This document shows, one piece after another, positions 63,901 through 64,000 of a DNA stretch of 64,000 nucleotides. Positions within the stretch are counted from its first letter, which is position 1, and the number at the start of each line of letters is the position of its first letter. The notes below the pieces were generated by a model, which was given only the letters and a program-made list of their open reading frames with translations, was not told the DNA's origin and made no database searches. Position numbers and translations under genes: made by a program. Origin of the DNA: Callorhinchus milii (taxonomy: Eukaryota); contig NW_024704748.1 of the NCBI RefSeq assembly GCF_018977255.1, positions 18,476,001 to 18,540,000 of the forward strand. Reading direction: 5' to 3'.

Positions 63901-64000
63901 AAAAAATAGGAACCATTACCAAGGACATATTGTTACAAACATGATTGCTTTCTTTCGAATATTCCAGCTATCCAGCTTTTTTCATTATATTTAGGAATTG

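Noticed and set aside
60913-64000. Search for PCDH15 exon 11 (AEQDNGHPLP...)
   Set aside because: Not found by eye; it presumably lies beyond the window.

Overview
This is eukaryotic vertebrate DNA. The repeat content points to a cartilaginous fish, probably a chimaera such as Callorhinchus (inference). The window lies inside the protocadherin-15 gene (PCDH15, hair-cell tip-link cadherin) on the + strand. Nine GT-AG coding exons can be read: a 15-nt microexon (DWQFE) and eight exons matching human PCDH15 exons 3-10 in length and phase (66, 161, 156, 120, 111, 171, 109, 113 nt), encoding EC1, EC2 and most of EC3. The start and signal-peptide exon and everything after exon 10 were not found here. 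The introns are full of retroelements: CR1 and L2 LINE fragments, tRNA-headed L2-tailed SINEs, older Deu-domain and LF-SINE-like copies, a solo LTR with a 4-bp target site duplication (TSD), an inverted Penelope remnant with minimal hammerhead motifs, and a decayed DIRS-type tyrosine recombinase fragment. Almost all ORF-track entries are spurious or transposon-derived. I found no convincing new multi-gene system. The best leads are the microexon, a G-to-R change in a conserved calcium-linker motif, added EC3 glycosylation sequons, the Penelope/hammerhead foldback and several dsRNA-forming structures. Transposon boundaries are approximate, and family and human-protein comparisons are from memory, not from a search.
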